DNA of 62,351 bases, filler included, from Mustelus asterias (lineage: Eukaryota): the NCBI RefSeq assembly GCF_964213995.1. It is 4 parts of 4 records of this genome, joined end to end, with 100 filler letters (N's around TTAATTAATTAA, not from the genome) between each part and the next. Parts side by side here need not be neighbours in the genome. Positions count along the whole stretch, not along the records: positions 1 to 30,000 come from NW_027590182.1; 3 more parts are not named here. One strand, given 5' to 3'. The stretch's first letter is position 1; each line of letters opens with the position of its first letter. The notes under the pieces were generated by a model. That model did no database searches and had not been told where the DNA came from. It saw only the letters and a list, made by a program, of their open reading frames with translations. Of this stretch, positions 1 through 13,500 are shown in pieces. Position numbers and translations under genes: made by a program.

Positions 1-205
1 TCCGGTTTCCTCCCACAGTCCAAAGATGTGCGGGTTAGGTTGATTGGCCAGGTTAAAAATTACCCCTTAGAGTCCTGAGATGCGTAGGTTAGAGGGATTA
101 GCGGGTAGAAATATGTGGGGGTAGGGCCTCGGTGGGATTGTGGTCGGTGCAGACTCGATGGGCCGAATGGCCTCCTTCTGCACTGTAGGGTTTCTATGTT
201 TCTAT
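1..205 (+). mobile_element. tRNA-derived V-SINE (HE1-like), 3' part
   Basis: V-SINE core TCCGGTTTCCTCCCACAGTCCAAAGATGTGCGGGTTAGG, then a CR1-like 3' end (GATGGGCCGAATGGCCTCCTTCTGCACTGTAGG). Other copies occur in the window. Confidence 0.8.
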
Positions 206-882
206 TAGCATAATATCTGTGACAGAACCATGTGTCATGTATGAAGCGTTGCTCCAGTTTAGTATGCAGTGGCAAATGTTCTGAGGCAGTAAGAATCGAG
301 ACACGGCCTCTTGTCAGATCAGCAGAAGCATGGCTCAGTACCGCCATAACTTAGAAATTATAATAAAAACAGGGCCTGTGTCTCATATACGAACACCTGA
401 TATTGAGCCAAGTGCAGGAAATAGCTTAGACATGACCTCCTGGAATATGATCCAGGCACAGCCTACTGGAATAGACAGAGGAAGAAGCTAGTTGAATATA
501 GGCAGAGATATGGTATGTTTAAAATTGTTGTCATTTTGATGTCACTGGGAAAGTCAGCTTTTTTGCCAAAACATGAATTCCTTTGAGAATGTGGTGGCAA
601 GCTTTGGGAAGCTGGTGGGTGGTGTGTTCTTCGAGCCAGATACTTTCTCCAGAATGATATTGAGCTTTTGAGTGGCACAAGTCAGGCAAGTAGAGAATAT
701 TCAATCATCTGTGTCGGCACAGACTTGGTGGGCCGAAGGGCCTGTTCCTGTGCTTGACTGTTCTGTGATATTTGTTCATACTCATGTCTTTTGCCTTGCA
801 GATGATGGATAGGAGTTGGGAATTCAGGATGGGCGTTGTTCACAGCAGAACTCCGAGCGTCTGACCTGCTGGTGTGGCCACA

Positions 883-3180
883 TAGAACAAAGAACAAAGA
901 ACAATACAGCACAGGAACAGGCCCTTCGGCCCTCCAAGCCCGTGCCGCTCCCTGGTCCAAACTAGACCATTCTTTTGTATCCCTCCATTCCCACTCCGTT
1001 CATATGGCTATCTAGATAAGTCTTAAATGTTCACAGTGTGTCCGCCTCCACCACCTTGCCTGGCAGCGCATTCCAGGCCCCCACCACCCTCTGTGTAAAA
1101 TATGTCCTTCTGATATCTGTGTTAAACCTCCCTCCCATCACCTTGAACCTATGACCCCTCGTGAACGTCACCACCGACCTGGGGGAAAGCTTCCCACCGT
1201 TCACCCTATCTATGCCTTTCATAATTTTATACACCTCTATTAAGTCTCCACTCATCTTCCGTCTTTCAGTGAGAACAACCCCAGTTTACCCAATCTCTCC
1301 TCATAACTAAGCCCCTCCATACCAGGCAACATCCTGGTAAACCTCCTCTGTACTCTCTCCAAAGCCTCCACGTCCTTCTGGTAGTGTGGCGACCAGAACT
1401 GGACGCAGTATTCCAAATGCGGCCGAACCAACGTTCTATACATCTGCAACATCAGACCCCAACTTTTATACTCCATGCCCCGTCCTATAAAGGCAAGCAT
1501 GCCATATGCCTTCTTCACCACCTTCTTCACCTGTGACGACACCTTCAAAGATCTGTGGACTTGCACACCCAGGTCCCTCTGCGTTTCTACACCCTTTATG
1601 GTTCTGCCATTTATCGTATAGCTCCTCCCTACATTATTTCTACCAAAATGCATCACTTCGCATTCATCAGGATTGAACTCCATCTGCCATTTCGTTGCCC
1701 AAACTTCCAGCCTATCTATATCCTTCTGTAGCCTCTGACAATGCTCCTCATTATCTGCAAGTCCTGCCAATTTTGTGTCGTCCGCAAACTTACTGATCAC
1801 CCCAGTTACACCTTCTTCCAGATCGTTTATATAAATCACAAACAGCAGAGGTCCCAATACAGAGCCCTGCGGAACACCACTAGTCACAGGCCTCCAGCCG
1901 GAAAAAGACCCTTCCACTAGCACCCTCTGTCTTCTGTGACCAAGCCAGTTCTCCACCCATCTAGCCACCTCCCCTTCATCCCATGAGATCCAACCTTTTG
2001 CACCAGCCTACCATGAGGGACTTTGTCAAACGCTTTACTAAAGTCCATATAGACGATATCCACGGCCCTTCCCTCGTCAACCATTCTAGTCACTTCTTCA
2101 AAAAACTCCACCAGGTTAGTGAGGCATGACCTCCCTCTCACAAAACCATGCTGACTATCGTGAATGAGTTTATTCCTTTCTAAATGCGCATATATCCGAT
2201 CTCTAAGAATCTTCTCCAACAACTTCCCCACCACGGACGTCGAGCTCACCGGCCTATAATTACCTGGGTTATCCTTCCTACCCTTCTTAAATAACGGGGC
2301 CACATTAGCTATCCTCCAATCCTCTGGGACCTCACCTGTGTCCAGTGATGAGACAAAGATTTACATCAGAGGCCCAGCGATTTCATCTCTCGTCTCCCTG
2401 AGCAGCCTTGGACAGATTCCATCAGGCCCTGGGGATTTGTCAGACTTTATATTCTCTAACAAACCTAACACTTCCTCCCTTGTAATGGAGATTTTCTCCA
2501 ACGGTTCAACACTCCCCTCCGAGACACTCCTAGTCAACACATCCCTCTCCTTTGTGAATACCGATGCAAAGTATTCATTTAGGATCTCCCCTACTTCTTT
2601 GGGCTCTAAGCATAATTCCCCACTTTTGTCCCTGAGAGGTCCGATTTTTTCCCTGACAACCCTTTTGTTCCTAACGTATGAATGAAATGCCTTGGGATAC
2701 TCCTTAATCCTGTCTGCCAAGGACATGTCGTGACCCCTTTTTGCCCTTCTAATTCCCCGTTTGAGTTCTTTCCTATTTTCTTTGTACTCCTCCAGATCTC
2801 CCTCCGTTTTTAGCTGCCTGAACCTAACATACGCCTCTCTTTTCTTTTTGACCAGTTCCCTCAATTTCCCTGGTTATCCACGGTTCTCGAATCCTACTCT
2901 TCCTATCCTTCTTTTGTACAGGCACATGCCTGTCCTGCAGCCCTAACAACTGTTCCTTAAAAGACTTCCACATGCTAGATGTGGATTTACCCTCAAACAG
3001 CCTCTCCCAATCAAGAGCTGCCAATTTCTGCCTAATCCCACTAAAGTTAGCCTTCCCCCAATCCAACACCTTACCCTTGGGACACCACTTATCCTTTTCC
3101 ATCACTATCTTAAAGCTAACAGAATTGTGGTCACTATTTGCCACATGTTCCCTTACCGAAACTTTGAAGACCTGACCGGA
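883..3180 (-). mobile_element. CR1-clade LINE, 5'-truncated, frameshifted ORF2 (reverse transcriptase)
   Basis: Overlapping minus ORFs with PGNYRPV, QHGF..GRSCLTNL, DFSKAFDKVPH, GVPQGSVLGP, KFADDTK. Tandem (TTGTTCT)n tail at about 883-905. Confidence 0.93.
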
Positions 3181-4412
3181 CATGATTTAAACGTCTGTCT
3201 CCGTTCAGATTTTCACGAATTATAATTCCCAGGATGTTGATAGTGGGCGAATTCAGCGATGGGTAATGCCATTTAATGTCATGGGGAGTGGTTTGGAATC
3301 TCCCTCATTGGAGACTGTCATTGCTTGCCACTTGTGGTGCATTAATGTTCCTTGTCATTCATTATCCAAAGACTAAATGTTTTCGAAGTCTTACTGCAAA
3401 TGGACACAGACTGTTTCAGTATCTGAGGAGCTGTGACTGGTGCTGAACTATGTGCAATCATCAGTGAAAATCCCACTTCTGAAATTTGATGAAGGCTGAA
3501 GCTTGGGGCTAGGTCACTAACCTGAAGAATTCCTGCAGCAATGCGTGTGACTGGCATGATTGGCCATCAACAATCATCTTCCTTTGTGCTCAGCATGACT
3601 CAGGCAGTGGACTCTGTTCCCCCTGATTCCCATTGACTGCAGTTTCGCTCGGGCTCCTTGATGCCACAAACGGTCAGACGCTGTGTCGATGTCAAGGGCA
3701 GGCACTCTCTATTCAACTTTATAATTTATTTTTTAAAATCCAAATTTGGACTCTTTCCAGATCATTTCTGGAATCGAGTGCTCCTTGCGGGACCCAAATT
3801 GAGCATCTTGGTGTGTGTGTGTGTTGTGTGAAATACATCGTGTTTGATACAAATTAATTCCACAATGATCACGTGTATCCTTCTATTTACACTGCATGAC
3901 GGACACACAATAAACACATCCAATTCAGATTGGCTTCCTTTACATCTGTCACCTTTTCTGATCATTGAGGAGGCCAATTTTTGAAAAGTTAGTTCGGCCA
4001 CAAGAGCTGCCCATTAAGCTACCATTCGTCATTGTGTGTTATTGCTTTTGTATCATGAATGGATATTAGGAGCTTTGGTGTAGAACCAGTTATCACCAAA
4101 ATCCTGTATTCCTTGCCCTGCTGACGGTGGTGAATGTCTTCGCGAGATTGACCGAAGTACGTTAAAGATATGGATATATATGGAACATCGAGAAGTTGTT
4201 GGCTGGAGTAAATCTTCCAACACAATCACTACACTGCACATCAGATATACCCGGTCTGCAAGCACATGATGTATTTCAAGTGTGACCCCAGCAAAGATCT
4301 TTCCCGTGATGTTATGACTGAGATATGCCTGTAGTTGTAGCAGTCTCTTCCATCGGTTTAGTTTGCAAAAAGTGTGATAAATTTGAATCAGGCATGTCTT
4401 ATGGAATTGTGG

Positions 4413-4710
4413 GTGCCATGGTTGCACAGTGGTTAGCTCTGTTGCCTCACAGTGCCAGGGCCACTGGTTTGGTTCCGGGCGTGGGCCAGTGTCTGTGCGG
4501 AGTCTGTACATTCTCCCCGTTTATGCGTGGATTTCTTCTGGGTGGTCCAGTTTCCTGCACAGTCCGAAAAGGCATGCTGGTAATGTGCGCTGGCCAGGCT
4601 AAATTCTCCCTCAGTGTACCCGAACAGACGGTATAGTGTGGCGACTCGGGGATTTTCACAGTGACTTCAAAGCACTGTTAATGTAAGCCTGCTTGTGACA
4701 TTAATAAATG
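4413..4710 (+). mobile_element. tRNA-derived V-SINE
   Basis: A/B-box-like head (CACAGTGGTTAGC...GGTTCC), V-SINE core, 3' end with AATAAA. Confidence 0.75.
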
Positions 4711-5169
4711 AACTACAAACCTTAAATCTTCCAGCAAGTAAGGAGAATGTCATAAATGTTCAGAAAGATAGTAATTATTTTCACCAATGACCGTCCATTC
4801 ACAATTTAATAAATGCATTCACCATTCATTCACAAAGGTTAATATATTTAAAATTACTTTATGGAAGGTGGGTGACTGTCTAAGCTATAATTTATTTCAC
4901 ATTGCTAAGTGCATTCGGTAAGCTGGTGGTGAGCTGCCACCTTGAACCGTTGCACAACCTGCAGTGTAGGTACACCCACAGTGCTGTTAGGAAGGGTTCT
5001 CCTGGATTCCGACCCAGCGACGTTAAAGGAGCGGTAATATATGTCCAAGTCAGGTTTATGAGCGTCTGGAGGGAAATATCCCGGCGGGGTAGTTCCAATT
5101 CACCAATTAACATCAATTAATACAGATAAACAATTATTTCACCAATTATATTCAGCATTTTAATAAATG

Positions 5170-5700
5170 AAAAACATGGCGGATTCTGAAAACTGAAACA
5201 AAAATAATAAATTCTGAAAATCTCAACAGGTCTGACAGCATCTGTGGTGAGAGAATAGAGTCAAAGTTTCGAATCAGGATGACCCTTTTTATATTTGGAG
5301 AAAATTGAAGAGGGCGATGGCATTGGGAAATGATGAGGGTGGAAAGGGATTAGGAAGTTTCTTTAGGATATAGTTAGTGATTGAGACGTTGATTAGGTCA
5401 GTTAGCATGGATAAGTTGATTATGATATTTGGGATCCGTATGTAAGTTGATGCAGCTTGTGTGTGGCTCGAAATAGTGCTTATAATTAAACAGTGCCTAT
5501 TTGAACTATTCACATCTCACAACAAAGTTATGCAGCTTGTCTGACACCTTGTTAGAAACAATGATAATCTTTCCAACGCATTAGGAATACTCTGCTGAAG
5601 GGTCATCCAGACTCGAAATGTTGGGTCCACTCTGTCTCCACAGATGCTGTCAGATCTGCTGAGATTTTCCAGCATTTTCTGTTTGTTTTCAGTATTTCAT
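5170..5700. mobile_element. Inverted pair of Penelope-like terminal-repeat remnants
   Basis: 5170-5290 (-) and 5590-5695 (+) are reverse-complement copies of CAGATGCTGTCAGA..TGCTGAGATTTTCCAGCATTTTCTG. The hammerhead-like core is degenerate (CTGCTGAAGGGTC..GACTCGAAA). Related copies lie near 27815-27975 and 29850-29950. Confidence 0.5.
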
Positions 5701-8664
5701 TCTATACAACTTTGCTTTGAATAATTCATTGATATTAACATTTCTTGTCATTGTATTGGCCTTTTTGTCGCCAAGGATAAAAATCTGTCCCAGAATGCAG
5801 TGGGAAATTGAATGAATTTAGACTGAGGATCATGAGTCGCTACCCAGCAGTCTCTGCGCTTTAAACTCCTGATACACAGCTGGTGTGATGATTTCCACAG
5901 TAATGAAATGCATTAAAGTACCTTGCACCTAATATGATTTTACTGAATTTTTAAATCCCGATTCATTATTACACAGTTTTGGGAAATAATGTAACACTTG
6001 TAGTTGTCCAGTGAGTTTCACAATATATCTGTTGCCACATTATTTATTTTACAGCTTGTTACCTTCACTAATTTGGGTGAGGGCATGGTGAGTGATTTGC
6101 TGCACATGTTTCAAATATTACAATCCTCCCTCCTCAGCCAAATCATGTTCCCTCTTTCGATCTTGGATATGAATATTCAGTATCAGCAGAGAAATGAAAC
6201 ATCCGTGCCGCAGGAAAACGCCCTCTTCTTTTCGTGAGGATCAGCTTGCTAACTCCCGAGAAAATCGGGTTTGATTTCACCCAGACCCTCTGGAAGTATT
6301 GAAATTATTACACTGACAGAAATGGAATCAAGGAACTGTTTCAACTTCTGAACCAGTCAAGTACAAATATGGGAATGTGGAACAGTATCTTTCAGTACCA
6401 TTTAACAATGCATCCATCAATCCGTTCACTGATTCCTCAATCAAAATATTCAGGCATCCAACTGATATTCATTTCATTCATTCAACGGTCATTCATTCCT
6501 GCATCAACCCAGTCATTCATTTATTGTTTGCGCAGATTGTGACGTAATATTAATTTAAGTGGCTCAGTGATCCAGAGACCCAGGACAATGATGTGGGGAC
6601 AGGGATTTAAATCGGAGCATTGCAGCTGGTGGAATTTGAATTCAATTAATAAATATGGAACAGATGCTAATGGCGACCATCGGACCGTCTCTGATTCCCC
6701 AATGAGTGAAATCTGCCATCGCTACCTGGTCTCACAAGGATGTGACTCCAGATGGACAGCAAAATAGCTGACTCCTTAATATGTTCAGAAGTAGCCTAGA
6801 AAACCACTCAGTTCAAGGGAATTTGGGGCTGACAAAATGTGCCGGTCTTTGCAACCAAACACCCCATGGAAAGATAAAGGGAAAGAAAATACAAACAAAC
6901 ATGTTCATGTATCGTCTCTCTGAGACATTTCTCAGTTTGCCTGTAATTCTTTCTATCCATCTATCACAATATCCTGATGTGTTGGAAAAATCATCATTGT
7001 TGCTAACAGGGTGCCAGAGAAGCTGCATGACTTTCCTTTCATTAGAGATGGGAAAAATTCATATAGATTTACAACTTTAAATAATTAAAGTGCCTCCAGT
7101 ACTGTTACTGGGTAGATTTATTTATAAATAGGCCTCATTGACAATGTGAAGGGTTTTAAGTTGGCTTGCAGCCAAGCGGTCAGTACTGAGGAAACAGATC
7201 TTTGATCTGCTGCTCAACACCCCCAGATGATTCCTGTCAATCACTTTGAGCATTTGACAGCAGCCTGGATTGCTGCCAAATACTGTGTGGGACAGATTAG
7301 CGTGAACGTGAATGGACAAAATGGGATTCAGCCATTTAAACAATAAATGTTTCATTCCCACAAGAATGACACATTTTAACTCGTAATCATTCTAATCAAA
7401 TATTTTCATTCTATGTCCAGTTCATTATGTGAGTAAATAGTATCGCAAAACAATAAAGTGACCAGATGATTTTTCATTTGTATAACTTCCAAGTAAATGC
7501 CATTCCACTAATTAAAGTCTGTTTATTAACCACTTCGTGAAATGCGAGAGAGAGATGTTGATGGTCCCAATTCCCCAGTCAATTGAAATCAGTGCAATGG
7601 CATAAAATGCATCGAAATATAATATGAAGAGAACATCATAAAACTGACATGAACAGCGGTAATTCCTGGAATATTCTGAACGTTCTGTATCACATTTAAA
7701 CAGCAGCGTCTCTTGTACCTGATTAACACCCTATTCTATTGTACAGTATAATCTGATTCCTGTTATTGAAGAGTTCCAATCATAGCTGCCAATGAGTGGA
7801 GAAATGATCAGTTCATAAACTGATTCAATGGAAGATAAAACATTTATTCTTGTGATATTGTGCAATGTGCCGCAAAGCCCTGATATCTTGTGTTCGCAAT
7901 ACCAGCGAATGTTAGACAGCCGGTGGCCGATCGAGTGACCTGCAATGATCTGGATGCTGAAGGAGAACTTTAATGATCTCCGTGTCCGTTCCATTTATTA
8001 ACTTCTCTGTCAAAAGTCGATGTTAATTTTATGTTTCTCTGTCAACTCACTATTTAATTATCAGGATGGCGCGATTCTTATTATTTTCAAAGGGCTGTCT
8101 TCGAGATTGGGGCAGTTTGACAAATATAAGGAGAAACATTGTATTGTGTGAGAGTTTCTTCTCATCCCCAAACCCAGATTGTACAGTGATAGCCATCTGC
8201 ACTGTAAATGCAATCACTTTGTTCATACCCCTCATTTAGTTACAGAAATCGGTAAAAATTATTCTGATAAATGATGCTTTATTATTGTAATGTGACAGAC
8301 CCGGAATTGTCGCAAAATAGACTGACGGTCTCTTTATTTTCCCAAAATGTTATTTCATCATTTTCAGATTTGTGTTCTTCTTGGGGGCGTGGTAAAAAAA
8401 TCACCATATTTACAATGGAATTAGTTATTTTAAATAAAGAAATGATGAACTGCAATATCACCATCAGAAATAATGGAGACAATACAATGAACATATTCAG
8501 CCAAACAAATATCCCGACACAGATAAAATGTCCATTTTAATATTAACCTATTGTAAATCTGGAAGTCCATTCTGTTGGGGGTGTGGAAGGTGGGACCTGG
8601 ATCCTGTCGCCGCCTCCAGCAGGGAATCAACAGGCGGCGCCTGGAAAGCCGCCCCCTTCTGCCG

Positions 8665-8678
8665 GGTATTTAAATACC
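8665..8678 (+). promoter_or_regulatory. TATA-like element of the VH promoter
   Basis: Palindrome GGTATTTAAATACC about 90 nt upstream of the leader ATG, preceded by a GC-rich patch. No ATGCAAAT octamer is seen nearby. Confidence 0.5.
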
Positions 8679-8764
8679 GTTCACCGGACCGGAATCCAAC
8701 AGTCCGGGAGGTGGTTTGTTCACTGAGTTCCTGACACAACCATTTCCCCCAATTTACCAGAAGG

Positions 8765-8810
8765 ATGAGGTCGGCGATTTCTCTCAGTTTGTTGCTGACT
8801 TTCTTATCCG
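8765..8810 (+). CDS. IGHV: IgM VH leader exon (MRSAISLSLLLTFLS-G)
   Basis: ATG at 8765, hydrophobic signal peptide, phase-1 donor GTGAGT at 8811. Confidence 0.95.
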
Positions 8811-8942
8811 GTGAGTAGTTTTTTTTCATTGTCTAAGTCTCCCACAGTTACTGTCTCAGTTTTAGTCCATCTCTGTAATATTCCAGAGTCACAAACCATT
8901 ACACCAGGATTAATCCTAGGGTTTTATGATCTATTTTTACAG

Positions 8943-9247
8943 GTGTCCAGTCGGAGGTTGTGTTGACTCAGCCAGAGGCAGAGACCGGGCGTCCCGGAGG
9001 CTCCCTGAAACTGACCTGTAAAACCAGCGGCTTCGATCTTAGCAGCAATGCCATGAACTGGATCCGGCAGGTTCCAGGACAGGGGTTGGAGTGGCTGGTT
9101 TACTACTATACTTCATCCAGCAACAACTACGCCCCAGCAATTAAGGATCGATTTACTGCGTCCAAAGACACTTCAACCAACATCTTCTCTTTGGAGATGA
9201 CAAGGCTGAAGACCGAAGACACCGCCATCTATTACTGTGCAAGAGAC
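8943..9247 (+). CDS. IGHV: IgM VH exon, intact
   Basis: Acceptor AG at 8941-8942. Encodes VQS|[22 protein letters not shown]...[13 protein letters not shown]...RFTASKD...[11 protein letters not shown], with both canonical Cys, the Trp and no stops. Confidence 0.97.
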
Positions 9248-9286
9248 CACAGCGAGAGGAACTAGGGATGGACCCGAACAAGAACA
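9248..9286 (+). other. VH 3' 23-RSS
   Basis: CACAGCG + 23 nt + ACAAGAACA. Confidence 0.93.
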
Positions 9287-9658
9287 GCTCGAGAGGGAAT
9301 TCAGCAACTTTCATCATAACCTGAAGGTCAGTATCTGTTTTAAATATAACACTAACGACAGTGATCAGAAGCAAAACACAAACTGCTTCTGACAAACCCA
9401 ACTTAGTGAAAATTAAACATTAAACCAAGAAAACACACAGACATAATGGGCTGAGCTTTTCACTCTGTTTATATTTCCTGTTAACAGTTTCAGCAATTAC
9501 ACACCTGGATATAATGCTCGTTTTAACATTTCTGATACTTGGAGGAGATGTTTTTAGATTGTGTTTTGTAAACTGTTGCATGAAGTGTAAATTACATCAC
9601 GAATAATGGTCTATTTGAAGTGAATATTGAGCGGCAGTAGTGAACAGAGAGTAAGTGC

Positions 9659-9738
9659 AGTTTTTGTGCGAGTGTCTGTCACTGTGATACAGCAGTGGGT
9701 CACAGTGCTGAGCACAGCGACATCCTCATACAAAAACC
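9659..9738 (+). other. IGHD: DH1 segment (9687-9700, ATACAGCAGTGGGT) with 5' 12-RSS and 3' 22-RSS
   Basis: AGTTTTTGT-12-CACTGTG | D | CACAGTG-22-ACAAAAACC. All three reading frames are open. Confidence 0.95.
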
Positions 9739-10049
9739 TCATGGAAAGAGATCGCTCAAATTGGTGATCAGCACCACAGCAGGATTTTCAAAGTAAAAGA
9801 GGCTTCAATGAAATAATGCGCAGAAGCAATATTAGTTTGTGAAAAGGTATAAAAATCTTCCCGTAAAATCTGTGTTGAACGATATGCTAAATCTACATAG
9901 AGGGTTTAAAAGCATTCCGATACCCTTTGTAAATATAATGACTTGGACAAGCTACAATATCTCACTCATTCGCTCTTAGAAGAGGCAGAATCAGATTTTT
10001 GAGAGTAGTGAAATTAAATCTCTGTATTTTACAGTTAGCAGTCAGACTC

Positions 10050-10118
10050 AGTATTTGTCATGCTGTGTCTCACTGTGATAACTGGGGTGGCACAACAGTT
10101 ACTGTCAATACAAAAACC
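10050..10118 (+). other. IGHD: DH2 segment (10078-10090, ATAACTGGGGTGG) with 12/12 RSS
   Basis: AGTATTTGT-12-CACTGTG | D | CACAACA-12-ACAAAAACC. Confidence 0.92.
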
Positions 10119-10444
10119 CTCAGCACTAATTGACCCAGACTGGGTCAGTGCTCTGTTTTGCAATCCAAAATTATTTGCAGTGCTGTATTATTTATGTCCA
10201 GCTCTGTACAAACAGCGAGAATCAAATGGAAAATTTATGATAACTATTCAATTATCATTTGGTGTTTTCAGTAACATGTTCATGTTATACCCGGTGAAAT
10301 ACAAAACATAAGGGTTATTTATGTAGAGCGAACGGTATCCACAAATACAATAATAATCTCATGAATATTAATTGACTTTGCTTTTCCTCTGGTTTGTGAA
10401 TATTTAAAATAATGGCGGCTTTTCTGTCTATTTTTTGCAGGGCC

Positions 10445-10483
10445 AGTTATTGTATGATCCAGCCAAACGAATGTGACACTGTG
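10445..10483 (+). other. JH 5' 23-RSS
   Basis: AGTTATTGT-23-CACTGTG. Confidence 0.92.
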
Positions 10484-10531
10484 ACTACTTTGACTACTGG
10501 GGACAAGGGACCATGGTGACGGTGACTGCAG
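10484..10531 (+). CDS. IGHJ: JH segment YFDYWGQGTMVTVTA
   Basis: WGxG motif and phase-1 donor GTAAGA at 10532. Confidence 0.97.
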
Positions 10532-13500
10532 GTAAGAACCATGCAATTATTTAGTAACTGTTTTACTTGAGCTTTTGTTTTATATTTTTTATCGATTTTA
10601 TTAATTCATTCGTTCACTGAAATGTGGTTTGGCGGATTCTGTACTAAAAATCTGAACAATGTTTCATGTGATTCTGCTGAAAATGGGGGTTATAAAATTA
10701 TACTGTTAATTGACAAGGCGATGCTGAGGGATTCAATCCTTGGTTGTTGTATTTTGGTCTTTATCTGCTGAGGACATTGTGTGGCTGGGTTACTTTAAAA
10801 GTTACTGTCTAACTTCTGTTAAACAGTTCGACGTTTCTGCAGTGTATGAACTCGGTGACATCTAGTGGCTGCGGGTTGTACCATCTGCTGCACACGCATT
10901 TGAAATCTAACCCAATATTTTAAAAATGTGTTAAAGATTCTGTATTAATTGAGTGATCATATTCCGCTTACTCGCAATGCCGGTGTGGTTCTGACATATT
11001 TCTGTTAATTTAATCATTGATTAGTTTGGTGATGAGCGGATTGGCTGGATTTAAATTTGAGATTTGCTGTCAATGTTACATTTGATTCTATTGAAAGCGT
11101 TTGTAGAATTGAGCTGCTTCTGCATTATGCGGGGTTCAGTGATATATATTTTTTTCTGTTGAGGAGATTGTGGGTCTGGGTGACTTTGAATAAGTAAAAT
11201 TTTTGAAATGGTTTGGCGATTCTGCATTATTTAATCTCGGTGACACTGAGCTGTTACACACTTTGTGATTGAATACAAACAGTCTTCGCGTCTGAAACTG
11301 CTTGACGCATGATTATATGTTGAAATCAGGCAGGCTTTATTCCATTGGCATTTTTGAAAATCATAATTGATAATTGCAGGTTAAACTAAATCACAGTTTA
11401 CGCAGTTTGTTCAGAATATAGTTTGCCACTGCATTCACTATTTGGTTAACCTGCAATGTTAAATCTCAGTGATTGCTGCAGCTTTTACCATCCAAATGTT
11501 TAAATATGTTTGAAATATGATCCAATATGAATAAAATGTGGTAAAGTTTCCATATTAATGTGGTGGATATATTCTATCTCTTCACAATGCTATTGCTATT
11601 ATTCCAGATTTCTGTTTTGTTTAATAATTCATACATTTGGTGACGAGCTGTTTTGCTGGATTCGATATTGAGATTTTCTTGCAATGTTACATTTGATTAT
11701 GTTGAATGAATAATTGAGCTGCTTCTTCATGAAGCGGAATAATTCCCTCAGTGATGTGCTTTGGAGTGTTTATGTTCAGGAGATTCTGTGGTTCGGCCAC
11801 TATGATAGTTTAAAATTTGCGAAGTGATTTGGTGTTTCCGCATTGTTTCTGCATTGTTTAAACTCGGCGGCACTGAGCGGTTACACGTTTTCTGGTTGAA
11901 TGCAAAGAATCTCTGAGTTTGAAAGTCCTTGTAGTAGAAAACAGGCAGGTTTTGGAAAAAAATGAAATCAAGATATCACAACATTTTTATAAATTTTAAC
12001 TAATGTTTAAATATTAAAATAAATCATGACTTACAAAGTTCACTTGGACACTAAGTCATTGCTGCAATCACAAACTTCTCATTAACCAATTTGATCATGA
12101 AATTAAGATAAATCAAACAATTATTGATCGGCAATATAACTCCATATTCACCAAAGATTTTTTTATGTTAATATCATTATTCATTAATCACCTCTAATAG
12201 TTCTGTTCAATTAAAATGACCAGAAAAGTTTCTGGGCTGGAAATATTTTGTGATAATTCCAGAAACTATTTCAATGATAACGTGCTGTTTCCATAGCAGC
12301 GCTCAATTCAACAAGATACTTTGCTTTAGTCGTTATATCCCAGATTAAGTTCGCATTCACTGGAATACGAGTTTTGCAGAATAAGACGTTGCTTTTTGGC
12401 AATTTATGTATCCGATTATTACATTTTCTTTCTGTGCAGTCGCAATCAGATTATTCCTTCCAAGTAATTTGTAATTGGATACCGAGATAATTAATTACTA
12501 ATCTCATCTCAAAATTTATGAAATGGTTTGGTGTTTCTCAATTGTTTCTGTATTGTTTCAACTCTGTGAAACTGAGCGGTTACACGTTTTCTGGCTAAAT
12601 GAAAATAAAACTGCGTTTGAAAATTCTTGCAGGGATAAAGGAAAAAGGTTTCGGAAAAATAAAATAATTAGATGTTTGGGCTTTTATTCAAGTTAACTGA
12701 TGCTTACATATTAAAATAAATCATGAATTACAATTCTTACAGAGACACTGTATCTCTGTTAGGGAGATTACACTACCCTGAATCTGTTATATTTGAGGTG
12801 CTCATTTTCAGAAAAAATACATTTTTGCCCAGTTTTCATGATTTGAGACAGACAGGGAGAGATAGTTAAAAGGCGAAGGGAGTTTTGAAATGAACATCAG
12901 GTTAATTTAAATTTTTTATTGACTTTTTTGCAGTTGTAATTTGACCTTAGATCAATTAGAATCAAACAGTTTGAATAAATTTGACAGAGCGAACAGAGTT
13001 TTCTGACAGGTGGAATTCGCTGACACTCATGCAATTGTTCACATAATTGTGTTTGAATTGTAGTAAAGTGTCAACAGAAACTGGCTAGAGATGGACAAGT
13101 TAATGCTTGAAATTCAAAAAGATTAATTTAAATAAAAATATTATACTATTATAAATACTATAAAAATAATCTTATCTCTGCACTTGATAATAACATCATG
13201 TCTCCCATTACTGCTGAACACAGGATAGAATTATGGGAAGAATAAATGACAGAATAGAAGAATTGATTCTATCTGAACCTTATGTTTAATTCATATTAAA
13301 TATTATAATGAAGAAAAAGTCTGGACTTACATTCTGCATCATGTTTTAGTGTTACAGAGGATTTGAATCAATTGTCCTCTTTGTGTTTGCACTGTTTAAT
13401 TCAGATCTTCTTTAATTAAACAATGTGTTCAGTAATTAAGTTATATGGATGTTCTAAATTACTAAATCTTGGAAGCAGTATTATTGACTTCAAACTGCCA

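Noticed and set aside
8943-10531. Germline-joined IgM (IgM1gj), IgW or IgNAR
   Set aside because: V, D, D and J are separate with RSSs, and four mu-type C exons with a mu tailpiece follow.
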